From positions 1-60,814 of the IMG/VR virus record IMGVR_UViG_3300033144_004933: a stretch of DNA of 60,814 bases; one strand, given 5' to 3'. This document shows, in pieces, positions 1-10,465 of this stretch (positions are counted from its first letter, which is position 1; each line of letters starts with the position of its first letter). The notes beneath the pieces are model-generated. The model was not told where the DNA came from, searched no databases, and saw only the letters and a program-made list of their open reading frames with translations. Both the position numbers and the translations under genes were made by a program. This stretch comes from a virus. Its lineage: Duplodnaviria > Caudoviricetes.

Positions 1-1
1 T

Positions 2-622
2 ATGAACTCTCTGGCATTAGGATTTACCAATGCTGCTGCAGGAATTGCAATAGGAGCAGCAACTGCAGATGCAAGTGCCATTTTAGATCTTACCTCAACA
101 ACAGAAGGATTTGCTTTACCTAGAATGACCACAACGCAAATGAATGCAATAGGAAGTCCAATAGAGGGATTAATGGTTTGGGATAATACAACTAATGATT
201 TAAAAGCATATGATGGGGATAATTGGATTTATTTAGGAGGAAAGTTAGAGCAGGTATATGGTATTTATACTTTTGATTTAACAGGAGATACAGATAATTT
301 GGGAGATTCAGGATCAAACACAACTCCTACAATTACCAACGCAATTCACAATGTTACTAATGTTTATAGAGTAGATCCTGACGCTACTGGTCATGAAATA
401 TCAGGAATACTTGCTCCACCTACAGGTGTAAATAGAGTAATACATATAAGTAATGTACATGTTACCAACGATATAAAATTCATGGATGATAATTCTGGAA
501 CTGCTGCAAACGGTATTTTGTTAAGAGATTCAGCAGATAAATCAATAAAAGGAAATGAAACAGCATCATTTTGGTATGACCATGTTGTATCAAAATGGAA
601 AGTATTTAATAGAGTAGGTTAA
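2..622 (+). CDS. Tail fibre / virion structural protein, probably the C-terminal part of a gene starting before the window
   Basis: AILDLTSTTEGFALPRMTTTQMNAIGSPIEGLMVWD resembles a common Bacteroidota trimeric fibre module; lies directly upstream of the tail tubular gene. Confidence 0.55.
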   Translation: MNSLALGFTNAAAGIAIGAATADASAILDLTSTTEGFALPRMTTTQMNAIGSPIEGLMVWDNTTNDLKAYDGDNWIYLGGKLEQVYGIYTFDLTGDTDNLGDSGSNTTPTITNAIHNVTNVYRVDPDATGHEISGILAPPTGVNRVIHISNVHVTNDIKFMDDNSGTAANGILLRDSADKSIKGNETASFWYDHVVSKWKVFNRVG

Positions 623-638
623 TATTAAAAATTAAACA

Positions 639-1463
639 ATGGCACTAACAGGAAAATATGTAAGCATAGATAGGATTATGGAAGGTATATTCCGTGATTA
701 TGCATGGACTCATGAAATAGACTGGGTAGATGCTATGGAATGGGCAGGAGAAGCTATGGACTTAATAGCAGCTCCTAAGCAATATGTAGAAAAAGTAACT
801 GATGGTAATGAGGCTATTGGCCATCCTTGTCCTATAGAAATAAAGAAATATAGGGGTAAATTACCTTGTGGATTAGTTCAAATTACTCAAATAAGAGAAA
901 AATCTACAAAGATACCCCTTAGGTATTCCCAAGACAATTTCCATAGGGGACTTGAAAAATCAGAAGCTGATGCTCCAGAAACTACTTTATCCTGGTTTGG
1001 AAATATAAATTTTACTTCTCCCTTCATAGTTAATAGTACTCTAGTCAAGGATAATTTTAGTACTGAGCTAAGTTATAATCTATCTGATTGTTACATCTTT
1101 ACTAATTTTGAAGAAGGAGAATTGGAAATGAGCTACAAGTCTCTACCAGTAGATGAGAATGGATATCCTACTATACCAGATAATATAAAGTACATCCAAG
1201 CAGTTAAAGGATATATTGCAGAAAAAATAGGACAGAAATTATATCTATCCAATAAACTAACAACCGATAAGTTTAACTTTTTACAAAGAGAAAGGGATTG
1301 GTACATAGGTGCTGCAACTTCTGCAGGGCTAATGCCGGGCATAGATGAGATGGAGAGTTGGAAAAATCAATTTATACGGCTTATTCCTATCCTACGTTCT
1401 CATAAAACCTCTTTTAAGTATGTAGGGGACCCTGCTAAACAAAATACTCTTAATTCCTTTTAA
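639..1463 (+). CDS. Tail tubular / ring protein (P22 gp4-like, crAss-type)
   Basis: 274 aa; YVSIDRI, IFTNFEEGELEMSYKSLPVDENGYPTIPD and RDWYIGAA resemble crAss-like tail tubular proteins; abuts the stabilisation gene. Confidence 0.75.
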   Translation: MALTGKYVSIDRIMEGIFRDYAWTHEIDWVDAMEWAGEAMDLIAAPKQYVEKVTDGNEAIGHPCPIEIKKYRGKLPCGLVQITQIREKSTKIPLRYSQDNFHRGLEKSEADAPETTLSWFGNINFTSPFIVNSTLVKDNFSTELSYNLSDCYIFTNFEEGELEMSYKSLPVDENGYPTIPDNIKYIQAVKGYIAEKIGQKLYLSNKLTTDKFNFLQRERDWYIGAATSAGLMPGIDEMESWKNQFIRLIPILRSHKTSFKYVGDPAKQNTLNSF

Positions 1464-4400
1464 ATGAAGCCACAGGTACATACTAATACTTTTATAAAGG
1501 GTATGGATAAAGATACTTCTAAACAGAAGTATGAAAATACCAAATATGAGAATTTGCGTAATGGCAGGCCTATAACTGATAAAGGACTGTCTACTAGGGC
1601 TCTAGAAAATATTAAAGGAAATGCTGTTGCTTATGATTTTCCCCTTTTAAAATCTTTTATGTACATAAGTGCTACTCCTTTAACAAATGATTCTCCTTTA
1701 GTAGAAAAACAAGAAAATGTAATTATAGATTTTGATGCTAGTTATCCTACATCTGGAAATGCATATTTTTCAGGAGTTGTAACTTTTCACACCGGAGAAG
1801 AGTATCTTACCCAGATTGCAGGACTTGTAGATACTTTTAATACCACTGTAGGAACAGGAGAAGAAATAAAATACTACAAAGTTCCAGGTGGAAATAATTT
1901 AGTACTTTATACTGAATTCGTACATTTTAACGGTATTATACTTCAAAATTATTCTCCTTACGCATCTGTAGAAGTTGCAAATGATTTTTTAAACTTTAAA
2001 GTAATAGGATCTACAGTCTTAAGAGAAAGATTACTTCTATTCACAGTCAATAAGCAAGGTCCTTTAGAATATGGTCAGATTTGGGAAAATACTTATGATT
2101 CAGAAAATCCTCTGGGTACCCAAAAAATAGTATTAAAATATAATCAGAAACTTAATTTATCAGAAAAACATCCTATAGAAGCTCTTTCTTATAGGGAAAA
2201 TGAAGATACAGAGCTTTTATATTGGACTGATAATTTTCATCCTCCCCGTAAAATAAATTTAGCTGATCAAAATGCAATGGCCCTTATTCCGGATGAATTA
2301 CTATTAAGTAGTAAATCTCAATTGTATCCTGCAATGGTAAGTGGGGAAGAACAGTCTGGAGGATTACTTCCTTCCGGAATTTATTATCTAACCTATAAAC
2401 TAGAAAAATTTGGAGGAAATATTACAAATATAGCTCCCTTTAGTAATTATGTACCCCTAATCGCAGATGTAACCTCTACCCAAGGAACAGAAACTAATTA
2501 TGAAAATACTAACTATCCAGAAACTACTATAGGTACCGAAAAATCCTTACGGTATTTAATTCCTAATATACCAAAAGGGTTTGATAAAATATATGTATAT
2601 GTAGTATATCAAGATGCTCCTTCTAATCAACTTGCTTATTTAGTAGAAGAAAAATTAATAGGTAATACCTCTTCCTTAGAACTAACAATATCTTCTCTGG
2701 GAGATAAGCCTAAAGTTACAGTATCTAGCTTATTTTCCTATGATATAGACTTTGAGAAGGTTAAAACTATGGCTACTAAAGATTCCAGACTACTTTTTGG
2801 AAACGTAAAACATGCTGCTTTTGATTTAGATTTTGATGCAAGAGCCTATAGATTTAATGCTAACGGAGACTCTTATACCCCTATTAGTTCTGGAAAATTA
2901 AATTGGGGAATTGATTTAGAAGAAAATGTTATAAATCCAGAAAATGATGATAGGACTGCTAATCTTTCTCCGGATGACTATTCTTATCAGACGGATGGAG
3001 TTACAAGAGGAGGAGAAGGTCCTAATATAAAATATGAATTTACTACCAAAGAAGTTATCTTAGACTCTTGTACTAATGCTGCTCCTACTAATACAAGCCC
3101 CTGGACTGGTTATCAAAATCTGTATAAATTAACTCCTATAAAGACTCCCTTTATAAATCAGCCTATAAAAACTACTGATTTATATGATATAGAAAATAAT
3201 ATTGCCTCCCCTATAGAAATAGACTTAGGTCCTGGATTTAGAAATTTTAAGAATACCCGATGGGAACACTACTACAAAGGCTATATGAGAGATGAAATAT
3301 ATAGATTTGGAATTGTTTTCTATTCTTTAACTGGAAGTCCCTCTGAAGTAAAATGGATAGCAGATATCAGAATGCCTATAGATTCTGAATTATCTGCAAC
3401 AAATCCTGATTCTGTATTGTGTAGATGGTGGGGAAAAGATGGAACTATACCCGAGGGAGTAGGACTGCCCTATGGAATACATGATGTAGGAAGAGATGAA
3501 GGAAATACTCTTCAAGAATATAAACTTAATTATGCTTCAGTAGGAGGAAGTTTAGGAGTAAAATTTACCGTAGATGTATCTTCACTTTCAGGTAAGATAT
3601 CTGGATATTCTATTGTAAGGTCTCCGAGAGAAGAAAAAGATAGAACTATATTAGCAGAAGGGGCAATAGGAGAAGTAAGAAAAGGGGTCTTTGGAGGAGA
3701 TGCCGCAAGTACTAATACTTTAGAAGGAGAGTTATTATACAATCATACTGATGTAAATGAAGGAAATTTTTCAGCATATTCTAGTAGTTTTGATCCTCAA
3801 GAAGTAGAAGATGTAGTCACTTTTGATGCTCCGGATCTTAAATTTATGACAGGAGCTAGGATTAGAGATTATGAAGGAGGAGAAACAGAAGAGAAATCTT
3901 ATTACCTAAAACCTGTTGCAGGATATGTTCATATAGATGAATCAGATACTGGTCTTGATGTAGGGCCTCTACAAGTACCTTTTCAAATTGCTACTCCCAT
4001 AGTAGACGGGGCTCCAGTAATAGGAACTCCTACTGTAATAAAACCTGAGAGTATTCATGAAAGTTTAGGAGGTGCTGGTCCTTCCGCTTATTGTAAATCT
4101 TTATTAAGAATATTTGGAGTAGGTAGGAATTCAAGACTAAATGCAGTAAAAGAAGGACAATCTTTTCCACAAAATGCTTATGGTAAATTAGAAGATATAA
4201 AAAAGGTTGAAAGTAATACTTTAGAAAGTAAAATACAGGGACAGAGATTTTCCAACAGAGGTAATCCATTATTAATATCTGATACTACAGGAGGAGCTCC
4301 AGTCATAAAGGCTATTTTAGCAGGACCAGGAGTTTTTACAGTTCTAGGAGCAGGGAATCCTAGTAAAAAAATGGCATGGAGAATTTTAAATGAATCCTTT

Positions 4401-6767
4401 GGATATACCAACCTAACTACTAAACCCCATGAAGACAATAAAATAGGAAATTTTTCCTGGTCTTCAAATAACTCAGATATTTCCCGGAAAGGACATACAG
4501 CAATAGTAGATCTTTGCAGACTTCCAAATAACCAATATGGGGGCAATACTTATCTGGCACGTCAGAATAGTGAGTACATAACTACAGGAAACTATGTTCC
4601 CGTAAATACTACGGATACAGAACTAAGTACTGTTGTATTTGGCGGAGATATAGCAATAAGTGCTTTTGGAGAGAAAAAGATATATGAACAAGCTTACTTA
4701 GACTTACAAGGCAACCAAACTACACAAGATCCTGAATCCCTTACAATTTCTTATGTATCTCATTTAATGGGTAGAATCTTTCCAGTACAAACTATTGGTA
4801 ATATAGAATTAAGAACCGGGTTTGAGTTCAATAACTACATACAAGGAGGGGGAGGAGATATATCTCTAAGAAGAATAGCTCCTGATGAATACTTATTGCC
4901 AGTAATGTATCATAAAGAGAAGACTTTACAACACTATTTAGTAGAAGGTGCTGGAAATACTATTATAGGGGAGTTTGATACTAGGGTTTATATGTCAGAA
5001 TTAAAGATAAACGGAGAGTTATCTGATTCCTGGAGTTCTTTTAAACCTTTAAATTATATTGATGTAGATGGTCCTTATGGTCCTATAAATAAATTAGAAG
5101 TTTTAAATAGAAAAATTATCTTTTTTCAAGACCATGCTCATGGAACAGTAGACCTTAATCCTCGTTCTCTAATTACTGATTTAGAAGGAGGAGAAATTGA
5201 ACTGGGTACTGGAGCAGGATTAGTAGATTTTACTTATGCTTCTAATACAGTAGGAGCATTTCATCAATGGGGAGTTTTAAAAGGCAATGGAGCTATTTAC
5301 TTTTTTGATGCTTATCATAAGAAGATGTATAAAATAGATGGGCAAGGAGTAAGAGCACTCTCAGACCAAAAATCAATGAGTTCTTATTTCTTTAATAATA
5401 TAGTAGGTTCTGTATTAAATAAAGATAACTCCCTATTATTTGAAGGAATAGCAACTACTTTTGATTATAGATTTAATGAAGCCATATTTACTTTCCACAC
5501 AAAAGTGGGATTATATGTTAAACCTTCTGGAGAAATAAACACTGCATTAAAAGAAGTTGTTAAAACTGAATATTCAGATAGGGTATTAGGAATAGTATCT
5601 ATTCCCCTTGGGGGAGGAATATCTATTCCTTATTATTTAGCTAATTTACCAGTAGTATGTCAAATAGATACCACTGGGGAAATATATGATATTAATCATT
5701 CTTTAGATACTTATCAATTAAATTTTGATAGTACTGCAGATTACAATAAAGTAATCTCTGATCTAAATGCGGGATGTAGATTACAAATTTATGATGGTTC
5801 CTCTACGGACCCTATCCTACTTAATAAATGGGTAAATGCTCAGGTAGTACCTGGATTTCAAAGTGAACAAAATTTTCAGATAGAAGCTCCGGTAGGTTAC
5901 TTTAAATATGTATTTAGCAATAATTTAACAGATACTAATCTAAGATATAGAACTGTTACTGATGATATTAACTTTAACAACATAGTAGAAGAACTAAATT
6001 TAGGGTACAATCTTCAAATAAAAGATCAATATGGTATTTGGAGAGAAGCTACCATAAAATCTTATACTCCAGATTCAATTATTTTAAATCTAGGATTAGA
6101 GTTAGAAAATACTTTTCCTGCTGTTTCCATAACTTCAGAGTGGCCCATAGAGCTGAGAACAATAGCCTATGAGTATGTAAGTCCTGAAGGGGAAGTTATC
6201 ACTACCGGAGATGATGATACTAGGGTAGCACAGTCCATAACTTTGGTATTTAATGAAGCCATAGACGCTTTTAGCTCTTTTTATGACCATTATCCTCCTA
6301 TTTATATGAATGATACCAGGAGGATATTCAGTCAAGTTCCTAAAGGATACCGGATGTATATACATGATGAAGGAAGAAGACAAGAGTTTTATGGAGTACC
6401 TTTTCCTATGACCTTAGATTTAGTAGTAAGTCCTAAGGGAGATTGGACTAAGGTATTCAACAATGTAGAGTTCTTTACAATACTAGAAAATGAATTAGGA
6501 GAAGATATTTTTAATGAAACTTTTCAAGAACTACAGATATACAATGAATATCAGGATACAGGTACAACTACTTTAGTTCCAAATACTAATGTCAAAAGAA
6601 GAATGAGAACTTGGAGATTAGCAATCCCCAGAGATAGTTCTGGTAGCAATGCCCGGATAAGAAATCCTTATGTACAAATGTTTTTAAAATTTCTAAACAC
6701 AACTGGAGTAGATAGAAGATTTGTAGTACATGACATAAATACGCACTATATAGATGTTCCTATGTAA
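1464..6767 (+). CDS. Tail stabilisation / muzzle protein (P22 gp10-like)
   Basis: 1767 aa; NTFIKGMDKD start, LLYWTDNFHPPRKIN, GYMRDEIYRFGIVF, DVDGPYGPINKL and C-terminal RRMRTWRLAIPR...ARIRNPY typical of crAss-like stabilisation proteins. Confidence 0.8.
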   Translation: MKPQVHTNTFIKGMDKDTSKQKYENTKYENLRNGRPITDKGLSTRALENIKGNAVAYDFPLLKSFMYISATPLTNDSPLVEKQENVIIDFDASYPTSGNAYFSGVVTFHTGEEYLTQIAGLVDTFNTTVGTGEEIKYYKVPGGNNLVLYTEFVHFNGIILQNYSPYASVEVANDFLNFKVIGSTVLRERLLLFTVNKQGPLEYGQIWENTYDSENPLGTQKIVLKYNQKLNLSEKHPIEALSYRENEDTELLYWTDNFHPPRKINLADQNAMALIPDELLLSSKSQLYPAMVSGEEQSGGLLPSGIYYLTYKLEKFGGNITNIAPFSNYVPLIADVTSTQGTETNYENTNYPETTIGTEKSLRYLIPNIPKGFDKIYVYVVYQDAPSNQLAYLVEEKLIGNTSSLELTISSLGDKPKVTVSSLFSYDIDFEKVKTMATKDSRLLFGNVKHAAFDLDFDARAYRFNANGDSYTPISSGKLNWGIDLEENVINPENDDRTANLSPDDYSYQTDGVTRGGEGPNIKYEFTTKEVILDSCTNAAPTNTSPWTGYQNLYKLTPIKTPFINQPIKTTDLYDIENNIASPIEIDLGPGFRNFKNTRWEHYYKGYMRDEIYRFGIVFYSLTGSPSEVKWIADIRMPIDSELSATNPDSVLCRWWGKDGTIPEGVGLPYGIHDVGRDEGNTLQEYKLNYASVGGSLGVKFTVDVSSLSGKISGYSIVRSPREEKDRTILAEGAIGEVRKGVFGGDAASTNTLEGELLYNHTDVNEGNFSAYSSSFDPQEVEDVVTFDAPDLKFMTGARIRDYEGGETEEKSYYLKPVAGYVHIDESDTGLDVGPLQVPFQIATPIVDGAPVIGTPTVIKPESIHESLGGAGPSAYCKSLLRIFGVGRNSRLNAVKEGQSFPQNAYGKLEDIKKVESNTLESKIQGQRFSNRGNPLLISDTTGGAPVIKAILAGPGVFTVLGAGNPSKKMAWRILNESFGYTNLTTKPHEDNKIGNFSWSSNNSDISRKGHTAIVDLCRLPNNQYGGNTYLARQNSEYITTGNYVPVNTTDTELSTVVFGGDIAISAFGEKKIYEQAYLDLQGNQTTQDPESLTISYVSHLMGRIFPVQTIGNIELRTGFEFNNYIQGGGGDISLRRIAPDEYLLPVMYHKEKTLQHYLVEGAGNTIIGEFDTRVYMSELKINGELSDSWSSFKPLNYIDVDGPYGPINKLEVLNRKIIFFQDHAHGTVDLNPRSLITDLEGGEIELGTGAGLVDFTYASNTVGAFHQWGVLKGNGAIYFFDAYHKKMYKIDGQGVRALSDQKSMSSYFFNNIVGSVLNKDNSLLFEGIATTFDYRFNEAIFTFHTKVGLYVKPSGEINTALKEVVKTEYSDRVLGIVSIPLGGGISIPYYLANLPVVCQIDTTGEIYDINHSLDTYQLNFDSTADYNKVISDLNAGCRLQIYDGSSTDPILLNKWVNAQVVPGFQSEQNFQIEAPVGYFKYVFSNNLTDTNLRYRTVTDDINFNNIVEELNLGYNLQIKDQYGIWREATIKSYTPDSIILNLGLELENTFPAVSITSEWPIELRTIAYEYVSPEGEVITTGDDDTRVAQSITLVFNEAIDAFSSFYDHYPPIYMNDTRRIFSQVPKGYRMYIHDEGRRQEFYGVPFPMTLDLVVSPKGDWTKVFNNVEFFTILENELGEDIFNETFQELQIYNEYQDTGTTTLVPNTNVKRRMRTWRLAIPRDSSGSNARIRNPYVQMFLKFLNTTGVDRRFVVHDINTHYIDVPM

Positions 6768-6855
6768 CCTAATTTTTAATATTACATATGATAATTTATA
6801 ATATACTGAATTAGATAATAAATTAGAATAACCTTTTATTTTAGGAGTAAAACTT

Positions 6856-6863
6856 TATATTTG
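6856..6863 (+). promoter_or_regulatory. Bacteroidota-type -7 promoter element (TAnnTTTG)
   Basis: TATATTTG in a 101-nt AT-rich intergenic gap, 5 nt before the ATG at 6869; no clear -33 TTTG. Confidence 0.5.
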
Positions 6864-6868
6864 CGATA

Positions 6869-9800
6869 ATGCCACATAATCCAACCCATATAGACCCTAC
6901 TTCTAGTGATGATGAGCCTATTTTTGGAGGCACTATTCCCTCTGTTACTGTCTATTCAGAACCAGGAGATTTAGAAGCATATAAAAATAAGATAAGAAAT
7001 AAAAATCTTTCAAATTTATATGAAAGACCTGCAGAGCTGGGAAGGGAGCTTTTAGGATTAGGAAAAGAATTGTTTGTAGACCCTGGAGTAAGACTCTATG
7101 GTAAAGGGATAGGACCAGTGACAGAAGATATGAGATATAATCTCCAAGATCTTGCAGGATTACAATATGCTCCCTTTATGGATATAAATCCAATCACAGG
7201 ACAGCCCTATGGACGAGGACTTGAAACTGCTTTAGACCTTTCCACTTATATGGGGTTAGGTATAGCTGGAGGAGTGAGGGGAGTAGGGAAAAAAATGCTT
7301 CCAAAAATAGTTAATAAATTAAAAGATATTAAAAATACTCCTACTGTACAAGCTGTGATAGACCATGCTAAAGGAGTTGCTAAAACAGTTAAAACTGGAA
7401 AATATGATAGATATGCAAGGCATGGAACAGACAAAAGTAAAGCATTAAAGAAGGAACAAGAAAAAGCTTTTGAAGAGGGATTGCAGTTTGTAGATGATTA
7501 CTTTTATGGTACTGGGGGAAGCCGTACTTTACATCCAACAATTGTAAAGAGAATAGAAGATATGTATAAAAAAGCGGGTCTTAAACCTGAGCCTTATATG
7601 GTTAAGGGAAAATTACACCAGCCTGATACAAGGATGGGAATAGTAGGAAGTGGGTTGAAGAAACATCCAGATGATTTACAGTTTCTAGGCCATAGAAATA
7701 CAAGTACTGTTGATAACCGTTTGCTAGATTTGCGTGATTCTAAAATTCCTGCTAGATATGGTGATACAAAGAAATTAATGGAGATGAGGTCAGATATATT
7801 AGGATTAAATACAGGTAATTATGCTTATACTCTTGGTACTAAGGGAAATTATCATTTATCTCCTGAAGTTGTTAGAAGCACAGCAATACATGAAGCAGGT
7901 CATAGTGGAGAAGGTATAGGATTGCTTTTAAGTGGGAAAGGGGCCCCGATGACAAGAGGGTATGGAAGTGTTTTAGCAAAGGAAGGAGGAAAAGATTTTG
8001 GTTATAAAATAGCAAATACTGATAATCCTCTTGGAAAGCGTTTTTATGATGCAATGGTAGCTCCTAAAAAATTAAAAAAAGGACAAGATTGGAGAGTTAA
8101 TTGGAAAGCATCTCCAAATGAACTTGCACAAGAAACTTTAGCAGCTAAGGGTATGTTACATTCTAAAGAGGGTACCTCCCTTTCTGCTCTCAGGGAACCT
8201 TCTGATGAGATTGTAGATAAATTAATAAAGATAAATAATTTAAACAGATTTTTTAAAAAATCCACCCCCCTGAAAGAAAAAAGAGAACTTATCAAAATGT
8301 TACTTACAGGATCTGTTCCAGCAGCAACTGTATTAAATGAAAATTACAGATATGGAGGAAATCTTTCTAAATATGCACAAGGAGCAGATGTAACTCCTTG
8401 GGATGGTAAAAAAATGGAGTCTCTTATTCCACCACTTTATTCTCCGTTGCATTTACAACAACCGAATACTCTTGAGTTCTTTACCAGGAGTGCTCAAGAA
8501 GGAGAATCACATATAGAACGAGCTTTAGACGGAAGACCTCTCGGGGCTATTTCTCCCCACATGACTCCTGAACCTTGGCAACTAGGATTTCCTTTTACAG
8601 ATGCCACTCCTGAAGAAAAAAATAGCAAGTACAAAAGTCCTTCCGTAACAAATCCAAAACAAGAAGCATCTCTTATGCCTGGAGGAGGGAGTCTTTCTGG
8701 TTTAATAAGTAAATTAGCAGAGTTTGGATTATCTTATGACGAGTATGAAAAGATGGCAAAGGATATAGCAGATGAAGCTACTAAAGAAGCAGATAGTTGG
8801 ATGGACCAACAAATAGAGGCAGGGATGCCTATAGGAAAAGCAGAAAGAGATGCTGATAGTTATAGACATGCCTTGGCAACAAGTAGGTTAGCTGAAGGGA
8901 TAGGGAAAAAGAGAGGAAATGAAAGTCCTAGCTTTATTGATAAAGCAGCAGCTTTTACAGCAAGTTTAAGACCTGAAGTAGAATCTATCTTTAATATGCA
9001 TAAAAACTATCCGGATGAAGATCTTAAATGGTATGATATTCCTAAAGGACTTCCTTATGATGTTTATAATAATCTTATAGGAGCTACACTTACTCCTGAA
9101 GAAGCTAAAGAAAAAGCCATAGCAGGGGACTTACCAAATGAACCCCTTTATGATGATATAGACGTAGGTCCACCTCCTCATTATAGAGGTGCTCAGAAAG
9201 TAGTCTGGGACCCAACTGAAGAAAATAAAGAAGAAAAAGAACTAAAACCATTTAAACTAGGAGGAAACATTCCTAATAACAACAATGTCATGAATTTACA
9301 ACAAGCAAAAAACGCTGGAAGATTCGGAGACACCGAACTAGTACATGTAAACAAAGAAGAAAAAGAACTTCTTAAACAGTATAGTGGTAAGCATACTCCT
9401 ACCATAAATCCCCATACAGGATTAGAAGAATACTGGGCCCAAGCTCTTATCCCCCTCATTCCCTGGGCAGTTAAAGGAATAGGAAAACTTTTTGGAAAAA
9501 ATAAAAGGAGTAAAGAAACTCCTGAAGTTCAAGCAGGAGGTTCTGGAATGAATCCTTTAGCAGGAGCCCAAATGGCTGACTGGATGTCTGCTATGCAAAA
9601 TAAGACTCCAGATCTTAACAACATATATAGTAGTTATGGAATGACTCCTATGTTAAGTGCTTATGGAGGAGAATTACCACAACATGGATTTGGGTTTGGA
9701 AGAGATAAGTATGGGCTATTTAACTGGGCTAATACTATGGGCAATCAATGGTCAGGAAATCAAGCGTTAGCAAACCATTTTAGTGGTAAAAATATGAGTA

Positions 9801-10465
9801 AACCTGGAGCATCTTACTCAGGTCACTCTCAGGGTCCTTCTTATACCAGCTGGTTACCTTCAAGTATGCATCAAGGAACTACCGGAATGATAGGACATAT
9901 GTTAGGAGGAATGTTCGGAAATAATTCTGGTTCTGGTTCTTCAGGACCTTCTTATGGAGCAGATACTAATTGGGATAATTATTGGAATTCCTATTGGCAA
10001 AGTAATCCCCATGCTTATTCTTTTGCAGGTCCTCAATATAATCCAAAAGGCAGACCCCCTACAGCGGGGTGGAACAGGAGCTATTCAAACTATGGTCCCG
10101 CTCAAGTTTACAACATGCCTTACTCTAAATTCGGGGGAGACTTACTCCCCCGTTTTGGATATGGAACTCCTGATAAAGAATTTGAAAAGGATGAAATGTT
10201 TATGGGAAATTTAAATAAAATAGCAGCTACTCATCCTCCAAATGGAACTTTAGAAGAAATATCTCCCAATATGGCAAAAGTTAAAGGTACTGGTCCATAT
10301 GGAGACCATGATGTACAGAATCCTAAAACTGGACAGACAGGAGTACCTATAGTTGGAGGAGAAGAAGGAACAAGAGAGGGAGAATCAGGATTTGTATTTT
10401 CCCAGAAAACTCCGTTATCTAAATTAATAAAAGATAAGTTAAAAGCTAATAACATCAAGATTTAA
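6869..10465 (+). CDS. Modular capsid cargo / ejection protein with zincin (HEAGH), DxxRH toxin-like domain and GRFGDTELVHVN pilot-like module
   Basis: 1198 aa between tail genes and vRNAP; HEAGH at 7889-7903; DADSYRH...YDVYNNLIG; four GG motifs. Confidence 0.6.
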   Translation: MPHNPTHIDPTSSDDEPIFGGTIPSVTVYSEPGDLEAYKNKIRNKNLSNLYERPAELGRELLGLGKELFVDPGVRLYGKGIGPVTEDMRYNLQDLAGLQYAPFMDINPITGQPYGRGLETALDLSTYMGLGIAGGVRGVGKKMLPKIVNKLKDIKNTPTVQAVIDHAKGVAKTVKTGKYDRYARHGTDKSKALKKEQEKAFEEGLQFVDDYFYGTGGSRTLHPTIVKRIEDMYKKAGLKPEPYMVKGKLHQPDTRMGIVGSGLKKHPDDLQFLGHRNTSTVDNRLLDLRDSKIPARYGDTKKLMEMRSDILGLNTGNYAYTLGTKGNYHLSPEVVRSTAIHEAGHSGEGIGLLLSGKGAPMTRGYGSVLAKEGGKDFGYKIANTDNPLGKRFYDAMVAPKKLKKGQDWRVNWKASPNELAQETLAAKGMLHSKEGTSLSALREPSDEIVDKLIKINNLNRFFKKSTPLKEKRELIKMLLTGSVPAATVLNENYRYGGNLSKYAQGADVTPWDGKKMESLIPPLYSPLHLQQPNTLEFFTRSAQEGESHIERALDGRPLGAISPHMTPEPWQLGFPFTDATPEEKNSKYKSPSVTNPKQEASLMPGGGSLSGLISKLAEFGLSYDEYEKMAKDIADEATKEADSWMDQQIEAGMPIGKAERDADSYRHALATSRLAEGIGKKRGNESPSFIDKAAAFTASLRPEVESIFNMHKNYPDEDLKWYDIPKGLPYDVYNNLIGATLTPEEAKEKAIAGDLPNEPLYDDIDVGPPPHYRGAQKVVWDPTEENKEEKELKPFKLGGNIPNNNNVMNLQQAKNAGRFGDTELVHVNKEEKELLKQYSGKHTPTINPHTGLEEYWAQALIPLIPWAVKGIGKLFGKNKRSKETPEVQAGGSGMNPLAGAQMADWMSAMQNKTPDLNNIYSSYGMTPMLSAYGGELPQHGFGFGRDKYGLFNWANTMGNQWSGNQALANHFSGKNMSKPGASYSGHSQGPSYTSWLPSSMHQGTTGMIGHMLGGMFGNNSGSGSSGPSYGADTNWDNYWNSYWQSNPHAYSFAGPQYNPKGRPPTAGWNRSYSNYGPAQVYNMPYSKFGGDLLPRFGYGTPDKEFEKDEMFMGNLNKIAATHPPNGTLEEISPNMAKVKGTGPYGDHDVQNPKTGQTGVPIVGGEEGTREGESGFVFSQKTPLSKLIKDKLKANNIKI

